A stretch of 58,969 nucleotides of DNA from Propionibacteriaceae bacterium (GTDB lineage: Bacteria; Actinomycetota; Actinomycetes; Propionibacteriales; Propionibacteriaceae), in contig JAISTC010000029.1 in the NCBI GenBank assembly GCA_031272805.1, positions 1 through 58,969 of the forward strand, read 5' to 3'. The position numbers and the translations under genes were made by a program. Below are positions 1 through 8,429 of this stretch, one piece after another. The notes beneath the pieces are model-generated. The model saw only the letters and a list, made by a program, of their open reading frames with translations, was not told the origin of the DNA and searched no databases. Each line of letters opens with the position of its first letter. Positions within the stretch are counted from its first letter, which is position 1.

Positions 1-9
1 CGTGACGGC

Positions 10-38
10 GAGATCCTTCGCTCCGCTCAGGATGACAG
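10..38. repeat. Solo unit of hairpin-repeat family 2 (GAGATCCTTCGCTCCGCTCAGGATGACAG)
   Basis: The same 29-nt unit recurs with 1 mismatch at 28066-28094 and in opposite orientation at 27879-27907. It contains an ATCCT/AGGAT stem. Confidence 0.7.
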
Positions 39-96
39 AACCCATTGTCATCTCCCGTCCCGTGCCGCCACGGCCACGGGATCCAACCCCTCAACC

Positions 97-522
97 TCAC
101 ACGGACGGCACAAGGTCAAGATACGGCGCATGCCGCAGGCGCACCGCGGTGAAGTGGCGCCGGTCCAGCGTGGCGACCTGCCGCACGCCAAAACGCTCGG
201 CCAAGGCCATGACAGCAGCGTCGGTGGTGCCCAATGGGAAGTCGCCGTACTGCTCGACCAACTCCGCCATGCGCTCCAGGTCTTGGGGGATCAAGTCAAC
301 AGTGGCGAACCCGGGACGGGTCAACCGGCGCAGAAACTTGGCTTCAACCCCCGCGCCGCCCAGAGAACCGAGCAGGTAGCCGGTCTCGGCCAGAACAGGA
401 GCCGGCACGGCAATCACTTCACGACGCGCGTGGACTGACTGGAACAACGCCACGCAGGCGGCATGGTCGGGATCAGTTCGGATGGCAGCGGCCACGAGGG
501 GGCCCGTGTCACAGAGCAACAT
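97..522 (-). CDS. vapC: PIN-domain ribonuclease toxin (VapC-like), 141 aa
   Basis: Translation from ATG 522 reads MLLCDTGPLVAA...LAETGYLL...ATLDRRHF, a PIN-type pattern of acidic residues. The start shares one nt with the stop of the upstream small gene (TGATG). Confidence 0.8.
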   Translation of the reverse strand: MLLCDTGPLVAAAIRTDPDHAACVALFQSVHARREVIAVPAPVLAETGYLLGSLGGAGVEAKFLRRLTRPGFATVDLIPQDLERMAELVEQYGDFPLGTTDAAVMALAERFGVRQVATLDRRHFTAVRLRHAPYLDLVPSV

Positions 523-734
523 CAGACCCGGCCGAAACCCTGGGCCAACCACTCGTCCGCACGCTCGGCCACGGGGCCGTCGACGGATTCGATCGCGCCG
601 AACCAGTCGGGCGGCCAGTCGTCGTCCGCCACCAAGGCGGGGCTCAACACGCGTAACGCGGCGATCGCCGACGTCAACTCGGACTCAGGCACGGTCTCAG
701 CCAAGTCCATGAGTTCCTGGCGCTTCGGGGTCAC
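522..734 (-). CDS. Antitoxin-like small protein upstream of VapC (about 70 aa)
   Basis: GTG at 734 is preceded by AGGGAGG with 7-nt spacing. It is small and acidic, with a C-terminus ...ERADEWLAQGFGRV, and is translationally coupled to the PIN gene. An alternative ATG start lies at 710. Confidence 0.6.
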   Translation of the reverse strand: MTPKRQELMDLAETVPESELTSAIAALRVLSPALVADDDWPPDWFGAIESVDGPVAERADEWLAQGFGRV

Positions 735-917
735 ATCGCCACCTCCCTGACTCAGCAACAATCCGAGTCTAGCCACCCAGACCGCGACCACGGGCTCGGG
801 CGGGGGCACCTGATACCGCGGCCGACCCCACACAAACCCCACCACCCGACCCTCGCCCGACCAAACTGTCAGTCACCGCCCCCACAATGAGACCCATCAC
901 CGACCTGAGGAGTCATC

Positions 918-1142
918 ATGCCCTATCCTCCCCGCTACTCCGACGCCTCCCCCGTCCACCACGTCATGGCCCGCGGCGTCGACCACCAACACCTATTCCA
1001 CGACGACGCCGACCGTGATCGCTACCTCGGCATCGCCCGTGACGCCCGCCTCGCAACCGGCGCCGCCCTCATCGGCCTGGCGCTGCTCGTAGCCTCGGCC
1101 CTCATAGCCACCCGCCTGTACCAACACCGCGAACTGGGCTAA
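918..1142 (+). pseudogene. N-terminal fragment resembling an IS200/IS605-type Y1 (REP-associated, RAYT-like) transposase, fused to a hydrophobic tail
   Basis: The PVHHVMARGVDHQHLFHDDADRDRYL segment resembles the conserved N-terminus of RAYT/IS200-like transposases. No HUH or catalytic Tyr region follows; the ORF ends after a hydrophobic stretch at 74 aa. GAGGAG lies 7 nt upstream of the ATG. Confidence 0.4.
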
Positions 1143-1243
1143 GGCGGCAGTCAGAGGGCTGAGGGTCACTCGGGACAGCGACAAGCGGCAGAGCGGCAAT
1201 ACGGCGTCCCGCCATCCAAGCAGATGACAGTCGGACGACTAGG

Positions 1244-1471
1244 TCAATGCCAGGCGCCAGCCATCACTTCGGGGTTGAGAACGTCCTTCGCGGCCTCGGC
1301 CAGCGCAACGAAGTCCTCCACAGTGGCCCTACGGCGGCAAGACTGCGGCTCGGGCTCGTCCACGATCTTCAAGAGCAGGTACTCCTGCCGGGTCATACCC
1401 CGGTAAGCAGCCGCCCGGTCGAAGCGGGCGAGATCCTCCTCGTCGACGTCAGGGATCAACACGTCGGTCAT
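1244..1471 (-). CDS. Ribbon-helix-helix antitoxin-like protein (FitA/VapB-type), 75 aa, no adjacent toxin
   Basis: The start MTDVLIPDVDEEDLARFDRAAAYRGMTRQEYLLLKI fits a beta-strand plus two helices RHH layout. The ATG at 1471 is preceded by GGAGGGGG. The track ORF 1244..1573 was trimmed. Confidence 0.55.
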   Translation of the reverse strand: MTDVLIPDVDEEDLARFDRAAAYRGMTRQEYLLLKIVDEPEPQSCRRRATVEDFVALAEAAKDVLNPEVMAGAWH

Positions 1472-1579
1472 CGTGACCCCCTCCAACTCGTCGTCCGCCT
1501 CGGTCGGCATGACAGCCCATGCTACCGCTGGCCTGTCCGAGTCAGGGCTCGCGCTGGCATCGGTCACGAGCACGTCCGG

Positions 1580-2116
1580 TCAGGCTGGCACGTCACGCGC
1601 GAGGCCGTCGATGCGGGCTGCGCCGGGGAGTTGGGCCAGGGCGGCGCCGGGGACGATCAGCTTGCTGGCCCGGATGCCTGAGCCGATGCACACCCACTCC
1701 GTGTCCGCCACCGCCCCGTCCACCCAGACCGGCCACTCCGGCGGCAGCCCGATGGGCGTGATCCCGCCGTACTCCATGCCCGATTCCCGCACCGCCTCGT
1801 CCATCGGCGCGAATGACGCCTTGCGGACGTCGAGGCGCCGGCGGACGACGCCGTTGACGTCGACGCGGCGGTGGGCCAGCGTCATGCAACAGGCATTGCG
1901 TTTGACCCCCTCGCGCCGCCCGGTCACGAGCACGGCGTTGGCCGAACAGCTCAGCGGCAGGTCCAACGTGGCGCAGAGCACCTCGGTCTCGGCCAGGGCC
2001 GGATCGATGGCGAACACGAGCGCCCCCGGCACGGCCGCAATGGCCGCGGCCACAGGCGCCCCCAGCAACTCCGGATGCTCAACGGCAGGCAAAGTCTCCA
2101 GATGGCCAAACCACAT
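1580..2116 (-). CDS. YbaK/EbsC-family aminoacyl-tRNA deacylase domain protein
   Basis: 178 aa. Motifs include ...NAVLVTGRREG..., ESGMEYGGITPIG and IGSGIRASKLIV, typical of the YbaK/ProX editing-domain fold. Confidence 0.75.
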   Translation of the reverse strand: MWFGHLETLPAVEHPELLGAPVAAAIAAVPGALVFAIDPALAETEVLCATLDLPLSCSANAVLVTGRREGVKRNACCMTLAHRRVDVNGVVRRRLDVRKASFAPMDEAVRESGMEYGGITPIGLPPEWPVWVDGAVADTEWVCIGSGIRASKLIVPGAALAQLPGAARIDGLARDVPA

Positions 2117-2144
2117 GCCGGCGATCGTAGCCGCCCGATCCCGT

Positions 2145-2654
2145 CTATGGCGCGGACTGCAGGACCCGTTTCAGGTCCTTCATGGGCAGGAGCAGGTGGA
2201 GCGGGTCAGCCGGGGACTCGAGAAAATCGGCGTTGGCCAGGTAGAAGGCCTTGGCCGCTTCGTCCCGGCAGTGGACGAGGACGGCGGCGGCGCCGATGGC
2301 GTCGGATTGGAACGCCGCCCGCCGCAGGGCGTCGGCCAGGAGACGGCGGCCCAGGCCCGAGCCCTGGCGGTCGCGCCGCACCGCCAATCGGGCCAGGAGG
2401 ACGCACGGGACCTGGTTGGGACGTCCTTTCTGGAGGCGCTCGGGCACGGTCAGGCGCCCGACGCTCGCCATCGTGATGGAGTAGTAGCCGAGCATCAGGC
2501 CGTCATCGTCCGCCACGACATAGGTCACGGCGTTGCCCGCCTGCTGGTTCTCCCAGGCGAACTGGGCGAACCAGAGGTCGAGGTCGTCGGCGCCGCTGCC
2601 GAAGTCCTCGCGCCGGTCCCCCCGTTCCAGCTTGCGCGGCGCCGGGAAGCCCAT
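2145..2654 (-). CDS. GNAT acetyltransferase toxin of a DUF1778-GNAT (TacT/AtaT/KacT-type) TA pair
   Basis: 169 aa. It has an RLAVRRDRQGSGLGRRLLADAL acetyl-CoA-binding motif and sits 3 nt downstream of a DUF1778 gene. Confidence 0.8.
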   Translation of the reverse strand: MGFPAPRKLERGDRREDFGSGADDLDLWFAQFAWENQQAGNAVTYVVADDDGLMLGYYSITMASVGRLTVPERLQKGRPNQVPCVLLARLAVRRDRQGSGLGRRLLADALRRAAFQSDAIGAAAVLVHCRDEAAKAFYLANADFLESPADPLHLLLPMKDLKRVLQSAP

Positions 2655-2657
2655 CGC

Positions 2658-2975
2658 TCAGGCCTCGCTGAACAGGCGAGCCAGCTTGGCCGTCGACGGC
2701 AGGGGCTGGTCCAGGAGATCGAGAAACGCCTCGTACTGCTCGTCGCTGACGGCGAACCAGCGCCGGTCGGCCAGGACCATCTGGGCCTGCGTCACGGCAC
2801 TGTCGAGGACGAAGTCGGTCAAGGTGTGGTCCGTCGCCTCGGCCGCCCACTTGAGCGTCTGCTCCTGCCGCGGCGTCGCCCGCAAGCTGATGCGCCGAGT
2901 CTTGACCCCCGCAGGTTCCACGGTCAGCGTCACGGGTTCCTCCGATCCCCAGTCTTGTGTGCCCAGTGTACACAC
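2658..2975 (-). CDS. DUF1778 (TacA-type) antitoxin
   Basis: ...RISLRATPRQEQTLKWAAEATDHTLTDFVLDSAVTQAQMVLADRRWFAVSDEQYEAFLDLLD is the characteristic DUF1778 pattern. The exact start is uncertain and may be an internal GTG. Confidence 0.8.
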   Translation of the reverse strand: MCTLGTQDWGSEEPVTLTVEPAGVKTRRISLRATPRQEQTLKWAAEATDHTLTDFVLDSAVTQAQMVLADRRWFAVSDEQYEAFLDLLDQPLPSTAKLARLFSEA

Positions 2976-3006
2976 ACGTCCCGTCGTCCGTGACGAGCCG
3001 TCCGTC

Positions 3007-4734
3007 TTACAGCGACGCGATGGCCGACGGGAGGAAGCGCGCCAGGTCTTGCGGGGGGTACGGGCCGGGGTGGCGGGCGGCGGTCAGCGCTTGGATCGAG
3101 CCGGCCAGCAGTGCTGCGTCACGCGGGGGCAGGCCGGCGGCCAGGAGCGTGGCCGCGATGCCGGCCAGGACGTCGCCGGAGCCGGCCTGGGCGGTCCACG
3201 CCGGGCCGGGGAAGCACAGGTACGTCACGGCGTCGCCCGGTGTGGCGACGTACTGCGTGGCGCCCTTGAGCAGGATCGTGGCACCGGTTCGGCGGCACGC
3301 CGCCTGCACTGCCGCGACCGGGTCGGCCGCCACGGCGTCACGCGGGACGCCGAGCAGGCGCGCCAGCTCACCAGAGTGCGGGGTCAGGAGGACGGGCGCG
3401 GGGGTGGCAGAGGTCACGCACTGGATGGCCTCGGCGTCGACCACTGTGGGGCGGCCCTGGGCCAGGATGGCGGCCACGTGGGTCGCCGCGTCGGGCCGGT
3501 CGCCCCAGCCGGAGCCGAGCAGCCAGGCGTCCGCCCGGGGCAGGGGCGAGTCCGCCGACGGGCAGACCACGTTGGGCAGCGCGGCCCGGACCTCGGCGCG
3601 GGCTGGGCCGACGTACTTGACGTAGCCGGCCCCGGAATAGACCGCGCCCAGTGCGCCCAGCACGGCCGCACCGGGGTACGCCGCCGAGCCCGTGTCGATG
3701 GCGACGACGCCGCGGGAGTACTTGTCGCTCGTGGACGTGGGCCGCGGCCAGCGGGAGGCCAGGTCGGAGAGCTCGAGTTCGCTGAGGTACGGAGGTGTGA
3801 CAGCCACGGCGGCCACGGTGTCGGGCCCGCTGGAGATCGTTCGCAGAGCTCGCTCCGTAGCCACCGTGCCCGACCCCCTGGCCTCAGCCCGCTCCGCAGC
3901 CACCGTGCCCGACCCCATGGCCTCAGCCCGCTCCGTAGCCACCGTGCCCGACTCCGTGGCTTCTGCCCGCCAGGCCAGCGGGTCAGGCGGGGCCAGGGGG
4001 TCGGGCGCCGTGGCTACGGAGCGAGCTCTGCGAGCGACAGCCACGGGGCCCGACACCGTGGCCTGGCGAGCGAACTTCGGGCGGCCCGACCCCGTGGCCT
4101 GGACCTCAGCAAACAGGCCGAGGTCGATCAGGCGTCTGGCGCCACAGCGGTCGCGGGCGGGTTGCAGCACGTGGCAGGGCTTCCAGGCGCCGAAGCTGAC
4201 CGTACGCGCGGCCGCGAACGCTGGCCCCGCCGGACGGCAGGCATCCGCCTCCAGGCCGCTGGGCAGGTCGGCCGCCACGACGGCCACCCCGCGCTCCGCG
4301 CAGGCCGCCGCGAACGCCGCCACGGCGTCGGGCAGCCCGGGCCGGGCCCCGATGCCGAAGACGGCGTCGATGACGACGTCCGCCGACTCCAGCGCCGCCA
4401 GCGCGCCCGCCGCGTCGACCGCCCGCCCGCCGGCGGCCAGCAGCGCCGCCCAACCTTGACCGTGACGTTTCTCGAAGGCCGCCCACACCGTCACCCTGGC
4501 CCCGCGCTGCGCCAATCGGGCCGCCGCGAACAGGCCGTCGCCGCCGTTGTCGCCCGGGCCCGCCACGAGCAGGACCCGCGCGCCCCGGACCCGGCGGCCC
4601 GCGTCGGCCAGTTCGGCCGCGACCTCGCGCGCCAGCCCGGCCGCCGCCCGCGCCATCAACCGGCCCGACGCCAGCGCCTCGCCCGTCGCCCGCTCGGCCG
4701 CGCGGACCTGGTCCGCCGTGTAGACCGCCTTCAC
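3007..4734 (-). CDS. nnr: Bifunctional NAD(P)H-hydrate epimerase / ADP-dependent dehydratase (Nnr), 575 aa, with a repeat-derived insertion in the interdomain linker
   Basis: The N-terminal YjeF_N part reads VLLVAGPGDNGGDG. The C-terminal kinase-like part reads DKYSRGVV...GSGDVLAG. The GTG start at 4734 overlaps the acpS stop (GTGA). The track ORF 3007..5064 was trimmed. Confidence 0.85.
   Translation of the reverse strand: MKAVYTADQVRAAERATGEALASGRLMARAAAGLAREVAAELADAGRRVRGARVLLVAGPGDNGGDGLFAAARLAQRGARVTVWAAFEKRHGQGWAALLAAGGRAVDAAGALAALESADVVIDAVFGIGARPGLPDAVAAFAAACAERGVAVVAADLPSGLEADACRPAGPAFAAARTVSFGAWKPCHVLQPARDRCGARRLIDLGLFAEVQATGSGRPKFARQATVSGPVAVARRARSVATAPDPLAPPDPLAWRAEATESGTVATERAEAMGSGTVAAERAEARGSGTVATERALRTISSGPDTVAAVAVTPPYLSELELSDLASRWPRPTSTSDKYSRGVVAIDTGSAAYPGAAVLGALGAVYSGAGYVKYVGPARAEVRAALPNVVCPSADSPLPRADAWLLGSGWGDRPDAATHVAAILAQGRPTVVDAEAIQCVTSATPAPVLLTPHSGELARLLGVPRDAVAADPVAAVQAACRRTGATILLKGATQYVATPGDAVTYLCFPGPAWTAQAGSGDVLAGIAATLLAAGLPPRDAALLAGSIQALTAARHPGPYPPQDLARFLPSAIASL
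3811..4099. repeat. Cluster of REP-like family-1 repeat units lying inside the nnr reading frame
   Basis: Several GGCCACGGTG..CGCTCCGTAGCCACCGTGCCCGACCCC units are present, plus one inverted GGGGTCGGGCGCCGTGGCTACGGAGCGAG...AGCCACGGGGCCCGACACCGTGGCC unit. The same family occurs at 7 intergenic loci. Confidence 0.85.
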
Positions 4735-5090
4735 CGGTCCCCCTCCAGCACGACCAGCGCCACGGCCACCCCGGCGTCGTGGGTCAGCGACAGGTGGATG
4801 CCCGTCGTCCCGAAGAACTCCAGCAGCCCGGCCAGCGGGTCCGTGAACTTGAAGTGCGGCTTGCCGTCCTCGCCCATCACGACCTCGGCGTCGTGCCACT
4901 GCAGTTGCGGCGGCGCCACGGGCAGCGCCTTGGCCAGCGCCTCCTTGGCGGCGAACCGCGCGGCCTGCGACCACGCGGGCAGCGCGGCCTCCGCCTCCGT
5001 CAGCAGCTTGCGCACCAGGCCGGGCCGCCGCGCGGCCATCTTCTCCCAGCGGGCGATATCGCACACGTCCACGCCAATGCCCAGGATCAT
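4731..5090 (-). CDS. acpS: Holo-[acyl-carrier-protein] synthase
   Basis: The start MILGIGVDVCDIARWEK..., FAAKEALAKAL and SLTHD are classic AcpS motifs. The track ORF was trimmed to ATG 5090. Confidence 0.9.
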   Translation of the reverse strand: MILGIGVDVCDIARWEKMAARRPGLVRKLLTEAEAALPAWSQAARFAAKEALAKALPVAPPQLQWHDAEVVMGEDGKPHFKFTDPLAGLLEFFGTTGIHLSLTHDAGVAVALVVLEGDR

Positions 5091-5142
5091 GGGACGGAGC
5101 TTAGCGATACCGCCTCGTACCTCCCTTGCCATGCCCCCGCTT

Positions 5143-5291
5143 CTTGTCATCCCATTCCTTGTCATCCCCGTTCTTTGTCATCCCGGCGAAAGCCGGGATC
5201 TTTCCCGCTGTTGACTGCACCGGGTTCAAGATCCCGGCTTTCGCCGGGATGACAAGGGGTTTGGGACGACAAGGGGTTTGGGATGACAAGG
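5143..5291. repeat. About 150-nt nested palindrome built from family-2 hairpin units
   Basis: The left arm has 3x CTTGTCATCC(C) plus hairpin ATCCCGGCGAAAGCCGGGAT (5180-5199). The right arm has hairpin ATCCCGGCTTTCGCCGGGAT (5231-5250) plus 3x GGGATGACAAGG-like units. It lies between the acpS start and the glmS stop. Confidence 0.85.
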
Positions 5292-5346
5292 TGTTTGCGA
5301 TGACCAGAGGTTCCGCATGACACAGGGTCTTGGGATGGCCAGGGGT

Positions 5347-7191
5347 CTACTCCACCGTGACGGACTTGGCCAGGTTTCTCGGTTGGTCGACGTCGTAGCC
5401 CTTCAGCGTCGCGACCTCGCACGCGAAGTACTGCAGCGGGATGATCGCCAGCATGGGCTGGAACAGCGTCGGCACGACCGGCAGCTCGATCAGCTTGGTG
5501 GCGAAAGCGCCCGCCTCCGGGTCGCCCTCCTCCGCCAGCACGATCGTCTTGGCCCCCCGCGCGCGGACCTCCTGGATATTGGAGATGACCTTGTCGTGCA
5601 GGGAATCGCGGCCCTGCGGCGGGACCACGACGAAGACCGGCACGCCCGGCTCGACCAGCGCGATCGGCCCGTGCTTGAGCTCGCCGGCGGCGAAGCCCTC
5701 GGCGTGGAGGTAGGAAATCTCCTTGAGCTTGAGCGCGCCTTCCAGGGCGATGGGGTAGCCGACGTGGCGGCCGAGGAAGATGAAGTCCTTGTTGGCCACG
5801 AGGTCGAGCGCCAGCGCCTTCATCGGCTCCAGGGAGTCGAGGACTGCCTGCATCTTGTCCGGGATCCCCGCCAGCTCCTCGACCAGGGACAGGATCTCGT
5901 CGCCGAACTTCGTCCCCCGCTCCTGGGCCAGGTAGAGCCCGAGCAGGTAGCAGGCGATGATCTGGGCCGTGAAGCACTTGGTCGAGGCCACGCCGATCTC
6001 CGGCCCGGCGTGCGTGTAGATGACCGCGTCGGACTCGCGCGGGATCGTCGCCCCGTTGGTATTGCAGATGGCGACGACGGCCGCGTGCTGCTCCCGGGCG
6101 TGACGGATCGCCATGAGCGTGTCCATCGTCTCGCCGGACTGCGAGATCGCCACCACCAACGTGGTCCGGGTCACGATCGGGTCGCGGTAGCGGAACTCGC
6201 TGGCCAGTTCGACCTCGCAGGGCACGCGCGTCCAGTGTTCGATGGCGTACTTGGCGATCAGCCCGGCGTGGTAGGCCGTGCCGCAGGCGATGATGACGAT
6301 CTTGTCGACCGACCGGAGGAGCGCCCGGTCGATCCGCATCTCGTCCAGGCAGAGCCGCCCGTCCGGGTCGATCCGGCCGAGCAGCGTGTCGGCGGCCGCG
6401 TGCGGCTGCTCGAAGATTTCCTTGCGCATGAACCAGTCGAAGCCGCCCTTCTCGGCGGACGACAGGTCCCACTCGATCTCGTAGGGCCGGACCTCGGCGG
6501 GCCGCCCGGCGAAATCCGTCACGTCGACCGAGCCCGCCGTGATGGCCACGACCTGGTCCTGGCCCAGTTCGATGGCGTGGCGCGTGTGCTCGATGAAACT
6601 GGCCACGTCGGAGGCGAGGAACATCTCGCCCTCGCCGACGCCGACGACCAGCGGCGAGCTGCGCCGCGCGGCCACGATCAACCCGGGTTGGGCGGCGTCG
6701 ACGGCGACCAATGTGAAGGCGCCCTCCAGCCGCCGGCAGACGGCGCGGAGCGCGTCGGCCAGCCCCGGCGTGACGTCGAGCTGGCGGCGGAGCAGATGGG
6801 CGACGGCCTCGGAGTCGGTCTGGGAGCGGAACTCGATGCCGTCGGCGGCCAACTCGGCCCGGAGCGTGGCGAAGTTCTCGATGATGCCGTTGTGGACGAC
6901 GGCCACGCGGTCGTCGGCCGAGAGGTGGGGGTGGGCGTTGGCGTCGGTCGGGCCGCCGTGGGTGGCCCAGCGCGTGTGGCCGATGCCCTGGTGGGATTCG
7001 GGCAGCGGGTGGGCCAGCAACTCGGCTTCCAGGTTGGCCAGCTTGCCGGCCTTCTTCCGGGCGGCCAATTGCCCGTCCGCCACGACCGTGATGCCGGCGG
7101 AGTCGTAGCCCCGGTACTCCATCCGCCGGAGCCCGTCGATGATGATCGGCTGGGCCGGGCGCGGCCCGACGTAGCCCACGATTCCGCACAT
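5347..7191 (-). CDS. glmS: Glutamine--fructose-6-phosphate aminotransferase (isomerizing)
   Basis: N-terminal MCGIVGYVG and C-terminal ...PRNLAKSVTVE, 614 aa. The track ORF was trimmed to ATG 7191. Confidence 0.97.
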   Translation of the reverse strand: MCGIVGYVGPRPAQPIIIDGLRRMEYRGYDSAGITVVADGQLAARKKAGKLANLEAELLAHPLPESHQGIGHTRWATHGGPTDANAHPHLSADDRVAVVHNGIIENFATLRAELAADGIEFRSQTDSEAVAHLLRRQLDVTPGLADALRAVCRRLEGAFTLVAVDAAQPGLIVAARRSSPLVVGVGEGEMFLASDVASFIEHTRHAIELGQDQVVAITAGSVDVTDFAGRPAEVRPYEIEWDLSSAEKGGFDWFMRKEIFEQPHAAADTLLGRIDPDGRLCLDEMRIDRALLRSVDKIVIIACGTAYHAGLIAKYAIEHWTRVPCEVELASEFRYRDPIVTRTTLVVAISQSGETMDTLMAIRHAREQHAAVVAICNTNGATIPRESDAVIYTHAGPEIGVASTKCFTAQIIACYLLGLYLAQERGTKFGDEILSLVEELAGIPDKMQAVLDSLEPMKALALDLVANKDFIFLGRHVGYPIALEGALKLKEISYLHAEGFAAGELKHGPIALVEPGVPVFVVVPPQGRDSLHDKVISNIQEVRARGAKTIVLAEEGDPEAGAFATKLIELPVVPTLFQPMLAIIPLQYFACEVATLKGYDVDQPRNLAKSVTVE

Positions 7192-7325
7192 GTGCCCAGA
7201 TGGTACCCGGCCCGCCGCCCCCGCCGAGCCCGCCCACGCCGTGACCCGCCCATGAACCGACTCGCCCGTCCGGCGCCGGTGTGGAAGACTGGGAAAGGTT
7301 TGCCCCGTCATGTCGGAGGTCCACG

Positions 7326-8288
7326 ATGGACAACATTCCTGAGCCGGAGGACCAGCCCTTCGGCCCGTATCTCGCGCTCGGGCGCACGCACTGGGCCGAG
7401 CTGGCCCGGACCCGGCGGCTCGAGCTCGACGAGGCCACGCTCGACTCGGTCCGCGCCATCGGCGACCCGATCGACCTCGACCAGGTCCGCCAGGTCTACC
7501 TGCCGCTGACCGAGCTGATCAACCTCTACATTGACCACACGACGAGCCTGTACCGCCACTCCAACTGGTTCCTCGGCCTGTCGGAGCGGCCGACCCCGTT
7601 CATCATCGGCGTGGCTGGCTCGGTCGCGGTCGGCAAGTCGACGACGTCGCGGCTGCTGCGCGAGCTCCTCGCCAACGGCTATCCGCGCCGCCGCATCGAC
7701 CTCGTCACGACCGACGGCTTCCTCCTACCCAACGCGGAGTTGGAGCGCCAGGGGCTGATGGAGCGCAAGGGCTTCCCGGAGTCCTACGACCGCGCCGCGC
7801 TCCTGCGCTTCGCCATGGCCGTGAAATCCGGCGCCCCGAAGGTCACGGCGCCCGTCTACTCCCACCTGACGTACGACATCGTGCCGGGCGAGGAACTCGT
7901 CATCGAGCGGCCCGACGTCCTCATCATCGAGGGCCTCAACGTCCTTCAGCCCGCCCGGCCGCGGCGGGACGGCCGGATCGGCCTGGCGCTGGCCGACTTC
8001 TTCGACTTCTCCGTCTACGTCGACGCGCCCGAGGCGGCGATCAAGGCGTGGTTCGTCGAGCGCTTCATGGCCCTCCGCCAGACCGCGTTCACGGACCCCC
8101 ACTCCTTCTTCCGCCGCTTCGCCACGGTCTCCGACGAGGCCGCGCTGGCCGTCGCCCACGAGACGTGGGACACGATCAACGGTCCCAACCTGCGCGACAA
8201 CGTCCTCCCGACCAGAGGCCGGGCCACGGTCGTGATCGGCAAGGCCGCCGACCACTCGATCGAGTGCATCCGACTGCGGCGGGTCTGA
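7326..8288 (+). CDS. coaA: Type I pantothenate kinase
   Basis: P-loop GVAGSVAVGKSTTSRLL and full-length CoaA-like sequence. The ATG at 7326 was chosen within track ORF 7281..8288. Confidence 0.93.
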   Translation: MDNIPEPEDQPFGPYLALGRTHWAELARTRRLELDEATLDSVRAIGDPIDLDQVRQVYLPLTELINLYIDHTTSLYRHSNWFLGLSERPTPFIIGVAGSVAVGKSTTSRLLRELLANGYPRRRIDLVTTDGFLLPNAELERQGLMERKGFPESYDRAALLRFAMAVKSGAPKVTAPVYSHLTYDIVPGEELVIERPDVLIIEGLNVLQPARPRRDGRIGLALADFFDFSVYVDAPEAAIKAWFVERFMALRQTAFTDPHSFFRRFATVSDEAALAVAHETWDTINGPNLRDNVLPTRGRATVVIGKAADHSIECIRLRRV

Positions 8289-8429
8289 GCGGGACGTTGG
8301 ACGGCCGGACCCGCGTTCTGTGGGGCTTCTAGCTAGGTAGTCCCTCGCGCCGGTCCGGCCTGGTGATAACCATCCTGGCGGGCCGGTTCTGAGGAAGCTC
8401 CAAGGATTGGGGACGAGTTCGGCCGGATG

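Noticed and set aside
3007-5064. N-terminal extensions of track ORFs. Examples: nnr to 5064, glmS to 7311, rplM to 11026, the surface protein to 16147, ACAD to 29918, hbd to 31426, the transglutaminase to 22400, and the TPM gene to 55668.
   Set aside because: The extensions overlap upstream genes or repeats and are low-complexity. The conserved N-termini (MCGIVGYVG, MILGIGVD, MPYHLSDEQ and others) with SD motifs start further downstream.
2533-5214. Very long plus-strand ORF (893 aa) across TacA, nnr and acpS. Similar giants lie at 5162..7459, 5317..7509, 22417..25542, 33903..36209, 35743..38238, 39333..41804, 46042..47928, 49587..51641 and 55116..57284.
   Set aside because: Their translations are Arg/Gly/Pro/Ala-rich with no recognisable motifs. 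They lie antisense to, or out of frame with, genes that have unmistakable family signatures. Such open antisense frames are expected at about 70% GC.
7192-7325. glmS ribozyme in the glmS 5' leader.
   Set aside because: Only 134 nt separate glmS from the divergent coaA start, which is too short once promoters are accommodated. I saw none of the conserved ribozyme core. The ribozyme is mainly a Firmicutes feature.
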